From: an uncultured Afifella sp. | GTDB lineage: Bacteria; Pseudomonadota; Alphaproteobacteria; Rhizobiales; Afifellaceae | Length of the DNA stretch: 20,180 nt | Assembly (NCBI GenBank): GCA_945787495.1 | Contig: CALZIL010000068.1 | Coordinates: 1 to 20,180 of the forward strand | Direction of reading: 5' to 3' | In this document: in pieces, positions 1 through 8,366 of the stretch | Layout: each line of letters opens with the position of its first letter | Position numbering within the stretch: position 1 is the stretch's first letter | Translations under genes and position numbers: made by a program | The notes under the pieces: model-generated | The model's input: the letters and a program-made list of their open reading frames with translations, nothing else | What the model was told of the DNA's origin: nothing | The model's database searches: none

Positions 1-1099
1 CGCCGGCAACGTTTTCGATCATGCCGTGCGTGAAAAGATCGGCGAGCCGCTTTGGATCGAAGGGCCGGCCGCTGATGGCCTCATATCGCCGGGTGGAAAG
101 GCCTTCGCGAAGCCTGAGGCCCATCAGCAACATTTCATCGGCGGCCTCTTCCCGGGAAAGCGGCTCGTCGACGATCAGCCCGTGGCCGACCGCCTCGACC
201 TGGTCAGCCCAGCTTTCGGGATGTTTTTCACTCATCGTCGCCCATTTGACGCCATCGATCGTCAGCCGGCCATGCGCGCCGGGCCCGATCCCGGCATAGT
301 CCTGATAGCGCCAATAGGTGAGATTATGACGGCTTTGCGCGCCCGCAGCCGCATGATTGGAGATCTCATATGCCGGTAGCCCGTTGGCTGCGGTGATATC
401 CTGCGTCAGGGCATAGAAGTCGGCCAGCGCGTCCGGTTCCGGCACGACGAGTTTGCCGCTGGCATGGAGCGCCGCATAGGGCGTGCCCGGTTCGATGGTG
501 AGCTGATAAAGCGACAGATGATCGGCCGCCATGGCGACCGCCTCCTCAAGCTCGGACCGCCAGTCGTTCAGGCTCTGGCCGGGCCGGGCATAGATGAGGT
601 CGAAGGACAGGCGCGGAAAGACCGAACGGCCGGTCTCGACGGCCGCGCGCGCTTGCGCCGCGTTGTGCAGGCGACCGAGCGTTTTCAGATCAGCATCGTT
701 GAGCGACTGGACACCTAGGGAAATCCGGTTGACGCCGGCCGCGCGATAGCCGCGAAACCGGTCGGCCTCGACGCTTGACGGGTTGGCTTCCAGAGTGATT
801 TCCGCATCGCTGGAGACGCTCCACGATTTGGACACCGCATCGAGGATCGCCGCGACGGTTTGCGGTGCCATCAGCGATGGCGTTCCACCGCCCAGAAAAA
901 TGCTGCTCACCGGCCGGTCGGGGACACGCGCCGCAATGGTTTCGATCTCCCGCGCCAAAGCGGCGGCGAACCGCGCCTCGTCGATCCCGCCATGGCGGAC
1001 ATGTGAATTGAAATCGCAATAGGGGCACTTGGCGGCACAGAACGGCCAATGCACATAGACCCCGAAAGCTGCCGTATCCTCCGGCGGGGCTTTGGTCAT
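1..1099 (-). CDS. hemW: Radical SAM heme chaperone HemW (HemN-like coproporphyrinogen III oxidase family). N-terminal ~366 codons; the C-terminus runs off the left window edge.
   Basis: Reverse translation from ATG at 1099..1097 gives MTKAPPEDTAAFGVYVHWPFCAAKCPYCDFNSHVRHGGIDEARFAA. CxxxCxxC is the radical-SAM cluster motif. The YVHWPFC...CDFNS N-terminus and the position downstream of rdgB-rph are typical of HemW. The edge-truncated frame is absent from the ORF track but stays open in my hand translation of the first ~150 nt. Confidence 0.8.
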   Translation of the reverse strand, partial: MTKAPPEDTAAFGVYVHWPFCAAKCPYCDFNSHVRHGGIDEARFAAALAREIETIAARVPDRPVSSIFLGGGTPSLMAPQTVAAILDAVSKSWSVSSDAEITLEANPSSVEADRFRGYRAAGVNRISLGVQSLNDADLKTLGRLHNAAQARAAVETGRSVFPRLSFDLIYARPGQSLNDWRSELEEAVAMAADHLSLYQLTIEPGTPYAALHASGKLVVPEPDALADFYALTQDITAANGLPAYEISNHAAAGAQSRHNLTYWRYQDYAGIGPGAHGRLTIDGVKWATMSEKHPESWADQVEAVGHGLIVDEPLSREEAADEMLLMGLRLREGLSTRRYEAISGRPFDPKRLADLFTHGMIENVAG

Positions 1100-1135
1100 C
1101 GTCACTTGCCCTGTGTGCCGGTCGGCCATGGCGGA

Positions 1136-1777
1136 TCAGGCATTCACGGGCGACAGACAGGCCGCCGCGAAAGCGGCAAAGGCCCTGGCGCGATGCGACA
1201 GACCGGGCGGCCCGCCCGGCGACCAGCCATGCTTTTCCGCTGCGCTCATTTCGCCAAAGGTTCGCTCATGGCCATCGGGCAGGAAGACCGGGTCATAGCC
1301 GAATCCTTTCTCGCCCCTTGGCGGCCAGACAAGCGTGCCATCAACCGTGCCGGTAAAGGTCTCCGTCTTACCGTCTGGCAGGGCCAGCGCCAGGACGCAG
1401 ACAAAATGCGCCTGCCGCTTGTCGACGGTGGTGGCGCCGGCGGCCTGCAGCTTTTCTTCAATATTGCGCATGGCCTGGGCGAAGTCGCGCTCCGGCCCGG
1501 CCCAGCGGGCCGAATGGATGCCGGGAGCGCCGCCGAGCGCGTCGACCGCAAGGCCTGAATCATCGGCCAGCGCCGGCAGGCGGCAAGCCCGGCATGCCGT
1601 TTCGGCCTTGAGAACCGCGTTCTGGGCAAAAGTTTCGCCGGTTTCCTCCGGATCGGCGAGACCGAGATCCGCCGCCGAGCGGACGTCGAAACCGAACGGT
1701 CCAAGAAGGTCCTGGATTTCGCGGATTTTGCCGCGATTGTGGCTGGCGATGACGATCGGTCCGGCTCTAAGTGCCAC
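1136..1777 (-). CDS. rdgB: Non-canonical purine NTP pyrophosphatase (dITP/XTPase), RdgB/Ham1 family
   Basis: 213-aa ORF with the [15 protein letters not shown]-terminal signature, the FGYDPVF motif and the FGEM...EK C-terminal motif of Ham1/RdgB. Start codon is GTG at 1777..1775. 5-bp gap to the rph stop. The rph-rdgB-hemW order is conserved in proteobacteria. Confidence 0.85.
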   Translation of the reverse strand: MALRAGPIVIASHNRGKIREIQDLLGPFGFDVRSAADLGLADPEETGETFAQNAVLKAETACRACRLPALADDSGLAVDALGGAPGIHSARWAGPERDFAQAMRNIEEKLQAAGATTVDKRQAHFVCVLALALPDGKTETFTGTVDGTLVWPPRGEKGFGYDPVFLPDGHERTFGEMSAAEKHGWSPGGPPGLSHRARAFAAFAAACLSPVNA

Positions 1778-1782
1778 GACGC

Positions 1783-2496
1783 TCAGCCCACGGCCATTTT
1801 CTGCAAGTCAACCAGCCGGCCGATGCCGCTGCGCGCCAGGACAAGAAGCGCCGTGAACTCATCCTCTGAAAATGGTTTGCCCTCTGCCGTGCCCTGTATT
1901 TCGACAATGCCGCCAGAGCCGGTCATGACGAAATTGGCGTCCGTTTCCGCTTGGCTGTCCTCGGCATAATCGAGGTCGAGCACCGCCTCACCGTCACAAA
2001 TCCCGCACGACACCGCCGCGATGTGATCGCCGATGACATCGTCGCCGATCATGTCGCGCGCCCGCATCCACGCCAGCGCGTCGCTGAGCGCCACGAAGGC
2101 ACCGGTAATCGCCGCGGTCCGCGTGCCGCCATCGGCTTGGATAACATCGCAGTCGACCGTGATCTGGCGCTCACCGAGCGCCTTCAGATCGACGACGGCG
2201 CGCAGTGACCGGCCGATAAGTCTCTGGATTTCCAGCGTCCGCCCGCCTTGTTTGCCTTGCGTTGCTTCGCGGCGCATTCGTTCCCCGGTGGACCGCGGCA
2301 ACATGCCGTATTCAGCCGTCACCCAGCCCTTGCCGCCACCGCGCAGCCACGGCGGCACACGGTCCTCCACGCTCGCCGTGCACAGAACGTGGGTATCGCC
2401 GAAGCGCACCAGGCAAGACCCTTCGGCATGTTTGGACGCGCCGCGCTCAAGGCTTACGGGCCGCATTTCATCGGCTGTTCGTCCGGACGGTCTCAT
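1783..2496 (-). CDS. rph: Ribonuclease PH
   Basis: Translation [73 protein letters not shown]... is RNase PH along its whole length. I chose ATG at 2496 because the reverse strand has GGAG five nt upstream (AAGCGGAGATGCCG ATG). The track ORF extends to an upstream alternative start at 2583. Confidence 0.9.
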   Translation of the reverse strand: MRPSGRTADEMRPVSLERGASKHAEGSCLVRFGDTHVLCTASVEDRVPPWLRGGGKGWVTAEYGMLPRSTGERMRREATQGKQGGRTLEIQRLIGRSLRAVVDLKALGERQITVDCDVIQADGGTRTAAITGAFVALSDALAWMRARDMIGDDVIGDHIAAVSCGICDGEAVLDLDYAEDSQAETDANFVMTGSGGIVEIQGTAEGKPFSEDEFTALLVLARSGIGRLVDLQKMAVG

Positions 2497-2663
2497 CGGC
2501 ATCTCCGCTTCTTGGGTGGCTGTGTTACGCCGCATTCGCCATGCCGTAAAGCGGTGCAATGCGCGCTGGAAGACTACGATCATGCCTTGCCATTTTGCAG
2601 CGTGGTATCAATATGATGGATCGCTGGCTGAAAGGAGACTGGTGGCATTCCGGGTTTGCGCTG

Positions 2664-3722
2664 ATGGGCATTGAATCGCTTGCTGCACTGGACGACCGCT
2701 CGCGGGAGATATTCCGGCGGATCGTCGAGACCTATATCGATACGGGCACGCCGGTCGGCTCGCGTAATGTCAGCCGGATTCTGTCAACCGCGCTATCGCC
2801 CGCTTCGGTGCGCAATATCATGACCGACCTGGAGGCCATGGGCCTGATCTATGCGCCGCACACCAGCGCCGGCCGTTTGCCGACCGAGCTTGGCCTGCGA
2901 TTTTTTATCGATTCGCTTCTGGAAGTTGGCGATCTGAGCGGCGAGGAACGGGCCCGAATCGAAACTGAAATGGTTTCCGGCGGCCAGGACCAGTCGATGG
3001 AATCGGTGCTCACCGAAGCCAGCCAGATGCTGTCCGGCCTGTCCAGCGGCGCCGGCGTCGTGCTGGCCGCCAAACAGGATATGCGGCTGTCGCATGTCGA
3101 ATTCGTCCGCATCGAACCGACCAAGGCGCTGGTCGTGCTGGTCGGCGATGGCGGGTCCGTTGAAAACCGCATCATCGAATTGCCGCCGGGCCTTCCCGCA
3201 TCGGCCCTCACCGAAGCGTCCAACTACCTTAACGCGCACATCAGGGATCGCACCCTGGCACAGGCAAAGGGAGAACTGGAGCGGCTTGCCGTCGAGCGTC
3301 GCAAGGAAATCGATGCGCTGACCGAAAAGGTTATCGCCGCCGGTGTCGCCACCTGGTCCGGCCCGACGGCCGATGCTCGCACGCTGATCGTGCGCGGCCG
3401 CTCCAACCTTCTCGACGACATGGCCGCGGCGGCGGACGCGGAACGGATCCGCATGCTGTTTGACGATCTGGAATCGAAGACCGACATCATCCAGCTTCTT
3501 GGCCTGGCTGAAATGGGCGAGGGCGTGCGCATCTTCATCGGTTCGGAGAACAAACTGTTTTCGTTATCCGGCTCTTCGCTGATCGTTGCACCGTTCCATG
3601 AAGGCGAGGGCTCGATCGTCGGTGTCCTTGGTGTCATCGGCCCGACTCGGCTGAATTATGCCAAGGTTGTGCCGGCCGTGGACTATACGGCGCAGCTGTT
3701 AAGCCAGCTTCTCGGCCGTTAG
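2664..3722 (+). CDS. hrcA: Heat-inducible transcription repressor HrcA. Start uncertain: the in-frame ORF opens at 2559, and ATG 2613/2616 are alternatives.
   Basis: N-terminus ...[73 protein letters not shown] is the HrcA winged-helix region. The C-terminal part is HrcA-like. Lies directly upstream of grpE. From ATG 2664 the length is ~352 aa, matching what I recall of rhizobial HrcA (~355-362 aa). Confidence 0.8.
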   Translation: MGIESLAALDDRSREIFRRIVETYIDTGTPVGSRNVSRILSTALSPASVRNIMTDLEAMGLIYAPHTSAGRLPTELGLRFFIDSLLEVGDLSGEERARIETEMVSGGQDQSMESVLTEASQMLSGLSSGAGVVLAAKQDMRLSHVEFVRIEPTKALVVLVGDGGSVENRIIELPPGLPASALTEASNYLNAHIRDRTLAQAKGELERLAVERRKEIDALTEKVIAAGVATWSGPTADARTLIVRGRSNLLDDMAAAADAERIRMLFDDLESKTDIIQLLGLAEMGEGVRIFIGSENKLFSLSGSSLIVAPFHEGEGSIVGVLGVIGPTRLNYAKVVPAVDYTAQLLSQLLGR

Positions 3723-3796
3723 AGGCATTTCACCGCTTGATTTTCTGACGCCGAGACTTGATATCCGGCGCAGCTACACCAAGGTGCACCCGATCA

Positions 3797-4618
3797 ATGG
3801 ATACTGAAAACCGAAAATCCGCTGGCGACGAGCCGGCAAATGATCAGGCCAATAATCCGGCCGATGCGCCGGGGGAAGACGCTGCCGCGCAGGACGGTGG
3901 CCCTGAGAACATTGAACCTGAGAAAAGCGCCGCGGAGAAGAGCACCTCCGGCTGGACCGCACCGGCTGGCGAGACGGCTGAGGCCGCCGCGTCCGAATCC
4001 GAAGCGTCTGTGGAAAGTGACGCTGAGATGATCGCCCGGCTGGAGGCAGAAAAGGGCGACCTCACCGACCGGCTGCTGCGCGTCGTCGCGGAGATGGATA
4101 ATTTGCGCAAACGCACCGAGCGTGAGGTCGCCGACGCCCGCAAGTTCTCCCTCGCCCGCTTTGCCGGCGACATGCTGAGCGTCAGTGACAATCTCAAACG
4201 GGCTCTGGATGCGGTGCCGCCGGAAGCCCGCGATTCTGGCGACGAAGCCCTTGATGCGCTGTTGGCCGGCGTTGAGATGACCGGCCGCGAAATGGAGCGG
4301 ATGCTGGAAAAGAACGGCGTCACCCACGTCGCTGCTCTGGGTGAGCAGTTTGATCCCCATTGCCATCAGGCGATGTTCGAAGTGCCCGACGAATCGGTCC
4401 CGAACCGGACCGTGGTCGAGGTGGTTCAGGATGGCTACCGGATCGGCGAACGCATCTTGCGCGCCGCAATGGTCGGCATCGCCAAGGGCGGACCGAAAGC
4501 GGCAAAGCCCGAAGCAGTGCCCGAGCCGGAACCGGCGCCAGAACCGGCGCCAGAACCGGCGAACGACGATTCTGAGACCGATTTGCCCGAACCGCCAGAT
4601 CCGCCGGAAGCCGCCTGA
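3797..4618 (+). CDS. grpE: Nucleotide exchange factor GrpE, with a low-complexity acidic N-terminus and a Pro/Glu-rich C-terminal tail
   Basis: Core ...[56 protein letters not shown]...[73 protein letters not shown] matches the GrpE coiled-coil and beta-sheet domain. ATG 3797 is preceded by AAGGTG 10 nt upstream. The track ORF begins 13 codons earlier. Confidence 0.85.
   Translation: MDTENRKSAGDEPANDQANNPADAPGEDAAAQDGGPENIEPEKSAAEKSTSGWTAPAGETAEAAASESEASVESDAEMIARLEAEKGDLTDRLLRVVAEMDNLRKRTEREVADARKFSLARFAGDMLSVSDNLKRALDAVPPEARDSGDEALDALLAGVEMTGREMERMLEKNGVTHVAALGEQFDPHCHQAMFEVPDESVPNRTVVEVVQDGYRIGERILRAAMVGIAKGGPKAAKPEAVPEPEPAPEPAPEPANDDSETDLPEPPDPPEAA
4526..4561 (+). repeat. Three tandem copies of a 12-nt unit (CC[G/A]GAACCGGCG) encoding [12 protein letters not shown] in the GrpE C-terminal tail
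   Basis: Read directly from the sequence: ccggaaccggcg ccagaaccggcg ccagaaccggcg. Confidence 0.6.
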
Positions 4619-4646
4619 GGCTTTCGGCTGCTTGTTACCGCCGCCC

Positions 4647-6407
4647 CTATGGCTGCGTTGACCGCTGGCTGCGTGCGGCGCCGGTCGCCTCGCCGAAATT
4701 CTGACCGAAGATCGCCGCCGCCCCGGCAAGACCGGAGGTTCCGCCGACGACGGTGTTGGGCACCAGCTTGCCGACCAGGGCGACGAGTTCCGGCTTGCGC
4801 TCCAGCGAGACAAGAAGCTTTTCGAGCGCCTGCAACAGTGCCACCCGGTCCTTGCCGAGCACTTCGGCCTGGGCCAACTGGCCGCGCGCCAGCTCCTCAA
4901 GATATTGCCGCTCCGCCCGGCCGAGCGCCGCCCGTTCCTCTTCGCGTTGATTGGCGACCTTGACGGCGATCTGCGCCTGCACCAGGCGCGGCTGTTCGTT
5001 GGCGGTGGCGCGCGCCTGCTCGGTCTCGATCCGTTGCGCCTGCGCCGCGGTCTCGCGGGCATAGGCCTTGGAGAGCTGGTCGGCCAGTTGCTGGCGCAAC
5101 CTGGAAACCAGCAGTTCGGGCGGGATTGACGGCTCGCCGAGGCGGATTTCGCGAATATCGACGCCGGCTTTGAGGCCTTCGGTCTTGACCAGTGCTTCGA
5201 TCGTCTGTTCCAGCGCGTCGCGGCTTTCGATCAGGTCGAGAACCCGTGTCTGGCGTCGGATCGGCTGGCTCGGGTCATCCGGATTGGGCAGCGTGATCTC
5301 CGATCCGGCGACATTGCGGACAATGGAGCGGATCGCCGGCGTCAGGATGCGGTTTTCGATCTCCTCCAGACCGCCGACGGCGCCGACGACGATCGGCGCG
5401 TTTTCCGGGCTCACCTGGACCAGCGCCCGCAATTCCTGCGGGATGTCCCAGCCCTCCACCTTGACGAATACCGCCCGGTCGGCGGCGTCGGCGGGCGTAG
5501 CCTCGGCTTCTGTGCGTTCGGTCTGATTGATGTTGCCTTCCTGGTCGACCGACAGATCGATGATTCGCTTGGTGAAGCCACCCTTGTATTCCCAGGTCTG
5601 CACCCGGGTATCGACCAGCGTCACCTGATAGGCGAGCAGGTTCAGGTAATAGGCGCCCGGCAGCAGCGCTTCACGCCAGATGCCGACACAGCCGGTCGGC
5701 ACCAGCGGCACCGACAGCGCCCCGGCCAGCGCCTCCGCATCGGCCGCCGTGACCTCTTCTTCGACGCATTGCGCCCCCGGCTCGCGGACATTCGACTTGA
5801 CGACGCCGACATGGCCGGCCGGCACGATCGTGGCAGGCGTTTGCTGGTCGACCCGGACATTGAACAGATAGCGGTTGAGGCGATAGCTGCCCGGCTTGAG
5901 AACCGTCTCCTGCGGACCGCGATAGCCGCCCGCCGTCAGGAAGGTCTCGGCGTTCAGCATGTCGGCGACCTTGTCGTCATCGATTGCCGGGGCGATGAAC
6001 ATGCCCGCTGGCATTGGCGCGCCGTCAAGCGTTGTGATCTGGCCGTAAAATCCCTCCGGCACGGTAATCACCCGGAACGGTTCATAGTCATAGAGAACCC
6101 GCACCAGCGGAATGACGTGGAAACCCGGCCCCAGAATCTGCGCCTGCGGGCCCTTCTGCCCGTCCATGGCGATGATCCGGCCCGGCGGCAATTCCTTGAA
6201 GGCGTAGATACGTTTGAGATGGCCGACGCTGTTGGCATCGACGATGAGAAAGGATGTGCTGGCCAGAAACACCATTCCGACCAGACCGAGAACCACACCC
6301 GCGCCGCGCCGGCCAAGCGCGCCAAACCGGCCGCGGCCCTTGCCCGGCCGCAGGAAAAGCAGCAGGCCCGCGCCGATCAGCAGAAAACCAAGGAGTACGC
6401 CAGTCAT
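4647..6407 (-). CDS. SPFH (band-7) domain / flotillin-like membrane protein (YqiK-like) with a C-terminal coiled coil
   Basis: 586-aa ORF with two N-terminal hydrophobic segments (GVLLGFLLIGAGLLLFL and VVLGLVGMVFLASTSFLIV). An SPFH-like core follows (FLIVDANSVGHLKRIYAF...ILGPGFHVIPLVRVLYDYEPFRVITVPEGFY). The C-terminus is a long Ala/Glu/Gln/Arg-rich coiled coil (ARETAAQAQRIETEQARATANEQ...EEERAALGRAERQYLEELARGQLAQAEV) of the kind seen in flotillins. Convergent with grpE. Confidence 0.55.
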   Translation of the reverse strand: MTGVLLGFLLIGAGLLLFLRPGKGRGRFGALGRRGAGVVLGLVGMVFLASTSFLIVDANSVGHLKRIYAFKELPPGRIIAMDGQKGPQAQILGPGFHVIPLVRVLYDYEPFRVITVPEGFYGQITTLDGAPMPAGMFIAPAIDDDKVADMLNAETFLTAGGYRGPQETVLKPGSYRLNRYLFNVRVDQQTPATIVPAGHVGVVKSNVREPGAQCVEEEVTAADAEALAGALSVPLVPTGCVGIWREALLPGAYYLNLLAYQVTLVDTRVQTWEYKGGFTKRIIDLSVDQEGNINQTERTEAEATPADAADRAVFVKVEGWDIPQELRALVQVSPENAPIVVGAVGGLEEIENRILTPAIRSIVRNVAGSEITLPNPDDPSQPIRRQTRVLDLIESRDALEQTIEALVKTEGLKAGVDIREIRLGEPSIPPELLVSRLRQQLADQLSKAYARETAAQAQRIETEQARATANEQPRLVQAQIAVKVANQREEERAALGRAERQYLEELARGQLAQAEVLGKDRVALLQALEKLLVSLERKPELVALVGKLVPNTVVGGTSGLAGAAAIFGQNFGEATGAARSQRSTQP

Positions 6408-6443
6408 CGTTTTCGCCCCATGTCAAAAACACCGTGTCGCCTC

Positions 6444-6455
6444 AATATGCATATT
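6444..6455. promoter_or_regulatory. Perfect 12-bp palindrome AATATGCATATT in the AT-rich divergent promoter region between the flotillin-like gene and the VOC gene. Candidate operator.
   Basis: Self-complementary when read from the sequence. Lies in the only strongly AT-rich stretch of the window (6408-6593), flanked by further ATATT / AATAT copies. Confidence 0.25.
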
Positions 6456-6593
6456 TGCTTGATATTTCGTGACGATGCCATGCCAGAGGCTATCCTCACG
6501 GCTTTGTGACCCATTCGCTGTTTTCCTTATTTAACATTTATGTAAATTAAAATTCTGCACGGATCTCCGGTGCGCGTAAACAAGGAGGCGATC

Positions 6594-6974
6594 ATGACGG
6601 CCCACGGACATTTCCACTGGAATGAGCTGATGACCCGCGATGTCGAGGCATCGAAGAAATTCTACGCCGACACGATCGGATGGACCTTCAATGGCATGGA
6701 AATGCCGGACGGCACCTATTGGGTCGCCATGGACGGCGAAAAGCCGCTCGGCGGCATATTCGAGATGAAGGGTCCGGACTTTGAAGGCATACCGACCCAT
6801 TGGTTCGCCTATTTGTCGGTCGATGATGTCGATGCCCGACTGAAAAAAGCCAAGGCCGCCGGCGCCACGGTCATGCGCGAGCCCTTCGACGTCCCCAATG
6901 TCGGCCGAATCACGATTATCCAGCAGCCAGACGGCGCCCATGTCGGCTGGATGACCCCGGCGGACAACGGCTGA
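6594..6974 (+). CDS. VOC-family (glyoxalase / bleomycin-resistance / PhnB-like fold) protein
   Basis: 126-aa product MTAHGHFHWNELMTRDVEASKKFYADTIGWTF...GGIFEM...THWFAYLSVDDVDARLKKAKAAGATVMREPFDVPNVGRITIIQQPDGAHVGWM has the VOC beta-alpha-beta-beta-beta pattern. AAGGAGG lies 6 nt upstream of ATG 6594. The track ORF starts 8 codons earlier. Confidence 0.7.
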   Translation: MTAHGHFHWNELMTRDVEASKKFYADTIGWTFNGMEMPDGTYWVAMDGEKPLGGIFEMKGPDFEGIPTHWFAYLSVDDVDARLKKAKAAGATVMREPFDVPNVGRITIIQQPDGAHVGWMTPADNG

Positions 6975-7082
6975 GTCAGGCGCGAAATTTCAAACCGGCG
7001 GTTGATAAGCAGCGGATAATTCCTCGTCGATCTTGACCGCCGGCCCGACCTGCGGCCTTTTCGCTAAAATGGAGAAAAGGCC

Positions 7083-7649
7083 ATGGACGACCGCTCAAGA
7101 CTGTTTGAAATCATCCGCGACCGGTCGTTCCGGCAGGGTGGCCGCTTCACGCTGGTTTCCGGGCGGACCAGCACGATCTATTTCAATTTGAAACCGGCCA
7201 TGCTTGATCCCGATGGGGCCCGGCTGATCGGCGCGGCGCTCGCCGGCAAGGCCGTCGCGCTCGGCGCGACATGCATCTCCGGCCTGGAAATGGGCGCCGT
7301 GCCGCTGGTCACCGCCGCTGCGGCCATGAGCGCTGTCGCCGAAAATCCGTTGCGCGCCTGCTTCATCCGCAAGCAGGCCAAGGATCACGGCACAAAAAGC
7401 CTGATCGAGGGCCTGGCCGAAGGCGAGGGCCTGGCCGGCCAGTCGGTCGTCGTCGTGGAGGACGTCACCACGACCGGCGGCTCGGCGATCAAGGCCGTCG
7501 CCATCTTGCGCGAGGCTGGCGCAATCGTTGAGCATGCTGTCACGGTTGTCGACCGCGAGGAGGGCGCCGCGGAGGCCTTTGCCGAGGCCGGCATCACCTT
7601 GCATGCGCTTTATCGCAAGAGCGAATTCGCCGAGGATATCGAGGCCTAA
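7083..7649 (+). CDS. pyrE: Orotate phosphoribosyltransferase (short PyrE form)
   Basis: 188 aa. PRPP-binding motif VVVVEDVTTTGGS. Type-I PRTase fold pattern (RFTLVSGRTSTIYFNLK, GLEMGAVPL). GGAG lies 8 nt upstream of ATG 7083. Confidence 0.8.
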   Translation: MDDRSRLFEIIRDRSFRQGGRFTLVSGRTSTIYFNLKPAMLDPDGARLIGAALAGKAVALGATCISGLEMGAVPLVTAAAAMSAVAENPLRACFIRKQAKDHGTKSLIEGLAEGEGLAGQSVVVVEDVTTTGGSAIKAVAILREAGAIVEHAVTVVDREEGAAEAFAEAGITLHALYRKSEFAEDIEA

Positions 7650-8266
7650 TCAGGCTTCGTCACCCTTCTCAGCGTCAGGTTGATCCGTCCGCCGTCCTTC
7701 AACAGGCTCCCCTCCTTTAGCAGAGTTGACGTGCCGGCAATGATCCGGTCAACACCATGAAAGGCCAGCCGCGCTTCGCCACCGAGCACCAGCGCATCGC
7801 CCGAAGCTAGCCGGAACGACCGAGTCGGGCCGCCGCGCTTGGCCCCGCCGATTCGGAACAGCGCCGTATCGCCGAGCGATAGCGACACCACCGGCGCGGT
7901 AAAATCGTCCTCGTCGCGGTCCTGATGCAAGCCCATTTTCGCGCCGGCATCGTAGAAATTGATCAGGCATGCCTGCGGCGGATGCGGGTAGCCGGAAAGG
8001 TCCGACCAGGCTTGCAACAGCAGACCGGGGATCGGCGGCCACGGCGCGCCGGTCACCGGATGGGTCGGCTGATAGCGGTAGCCGTCGCGGTCGGACACCC
8101 AGCCGAGCGGTCCGCAATTGCTCATGCGCACGGAAAACGGCTTGCCCGTCCGCGGCATGACCGGCGTGAACAATGGCGCTGCCTCGACCACCGACCGGAC
8201 AGCGGCGAGCAGGCTGCCCTGCTCGCCTGAGGCGAGATAGCCGGGGACGATTTTGAGACCGGTCAT
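7646..8266 (-). CDS. alkB: Alpha-ketoglutarate / Fe(II)-dependent dioxygenase AlkB (alkylated DNA repair)
   Basis: 206 aa with LINFYDAGAKMGLHQDRDE (HxD iron ligands) and RLAFHGV (distal His). N-terminal nucleotide-recognition-lid region (PGYLASGEQGSLLAAV, WVSDRDGYRY). Overlaps the pyrE stop by 4 nt, convergently. Confidence 0.85.
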   Translation of the reverse strand: MTGLKIVPGYLASGEQGSLLAAVRSVVEAAPLFTPVMPRTGKPFSVRMSNCGPLGWVSDRDGYRYQPTHPVTGAPWPPIPGLLLQAWSDLSGYPHPPQACLINFYDAGAKMGLHQDRDEDDFTAPVVSLSLGDTALFRIGGAKRGGPTRSFRLASGDALVLGGEARLAFHGVDRIIAGTSTLLKEGSLLKDGGRINLTLRRVTKPD

Positions 8267-8366
8267 GGCCCGATCACAGATGGATGCTTTTTCAGGTTTG
8301 TAAAGCCGGCGCGATTGTTCGGGCCGCCAAAGCCGATCTTGGCCGGCGATTCGTCCGCATCAATCC

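Noticed and set aside
21-379. Two forward-strand ORFs (92 and 117 aa) at the left edge
   Set aside because: They are antisense to the hemW frame, which carries the radical-SAM motif and a family-typical N-terminus. They have no recognizable features.
3723-3796. Possible independent promoter for grpE (CTTGAT ... CTTGATAT) in the hrcA-grpE spacer
   Set aside because: The spacing and -10 do not match either the E. coli or the alpha-type sigma-32 consensus well. Co-transcription of hrcA-grpE is the simpler reading. I leave this as unresolved rather than call a feature.
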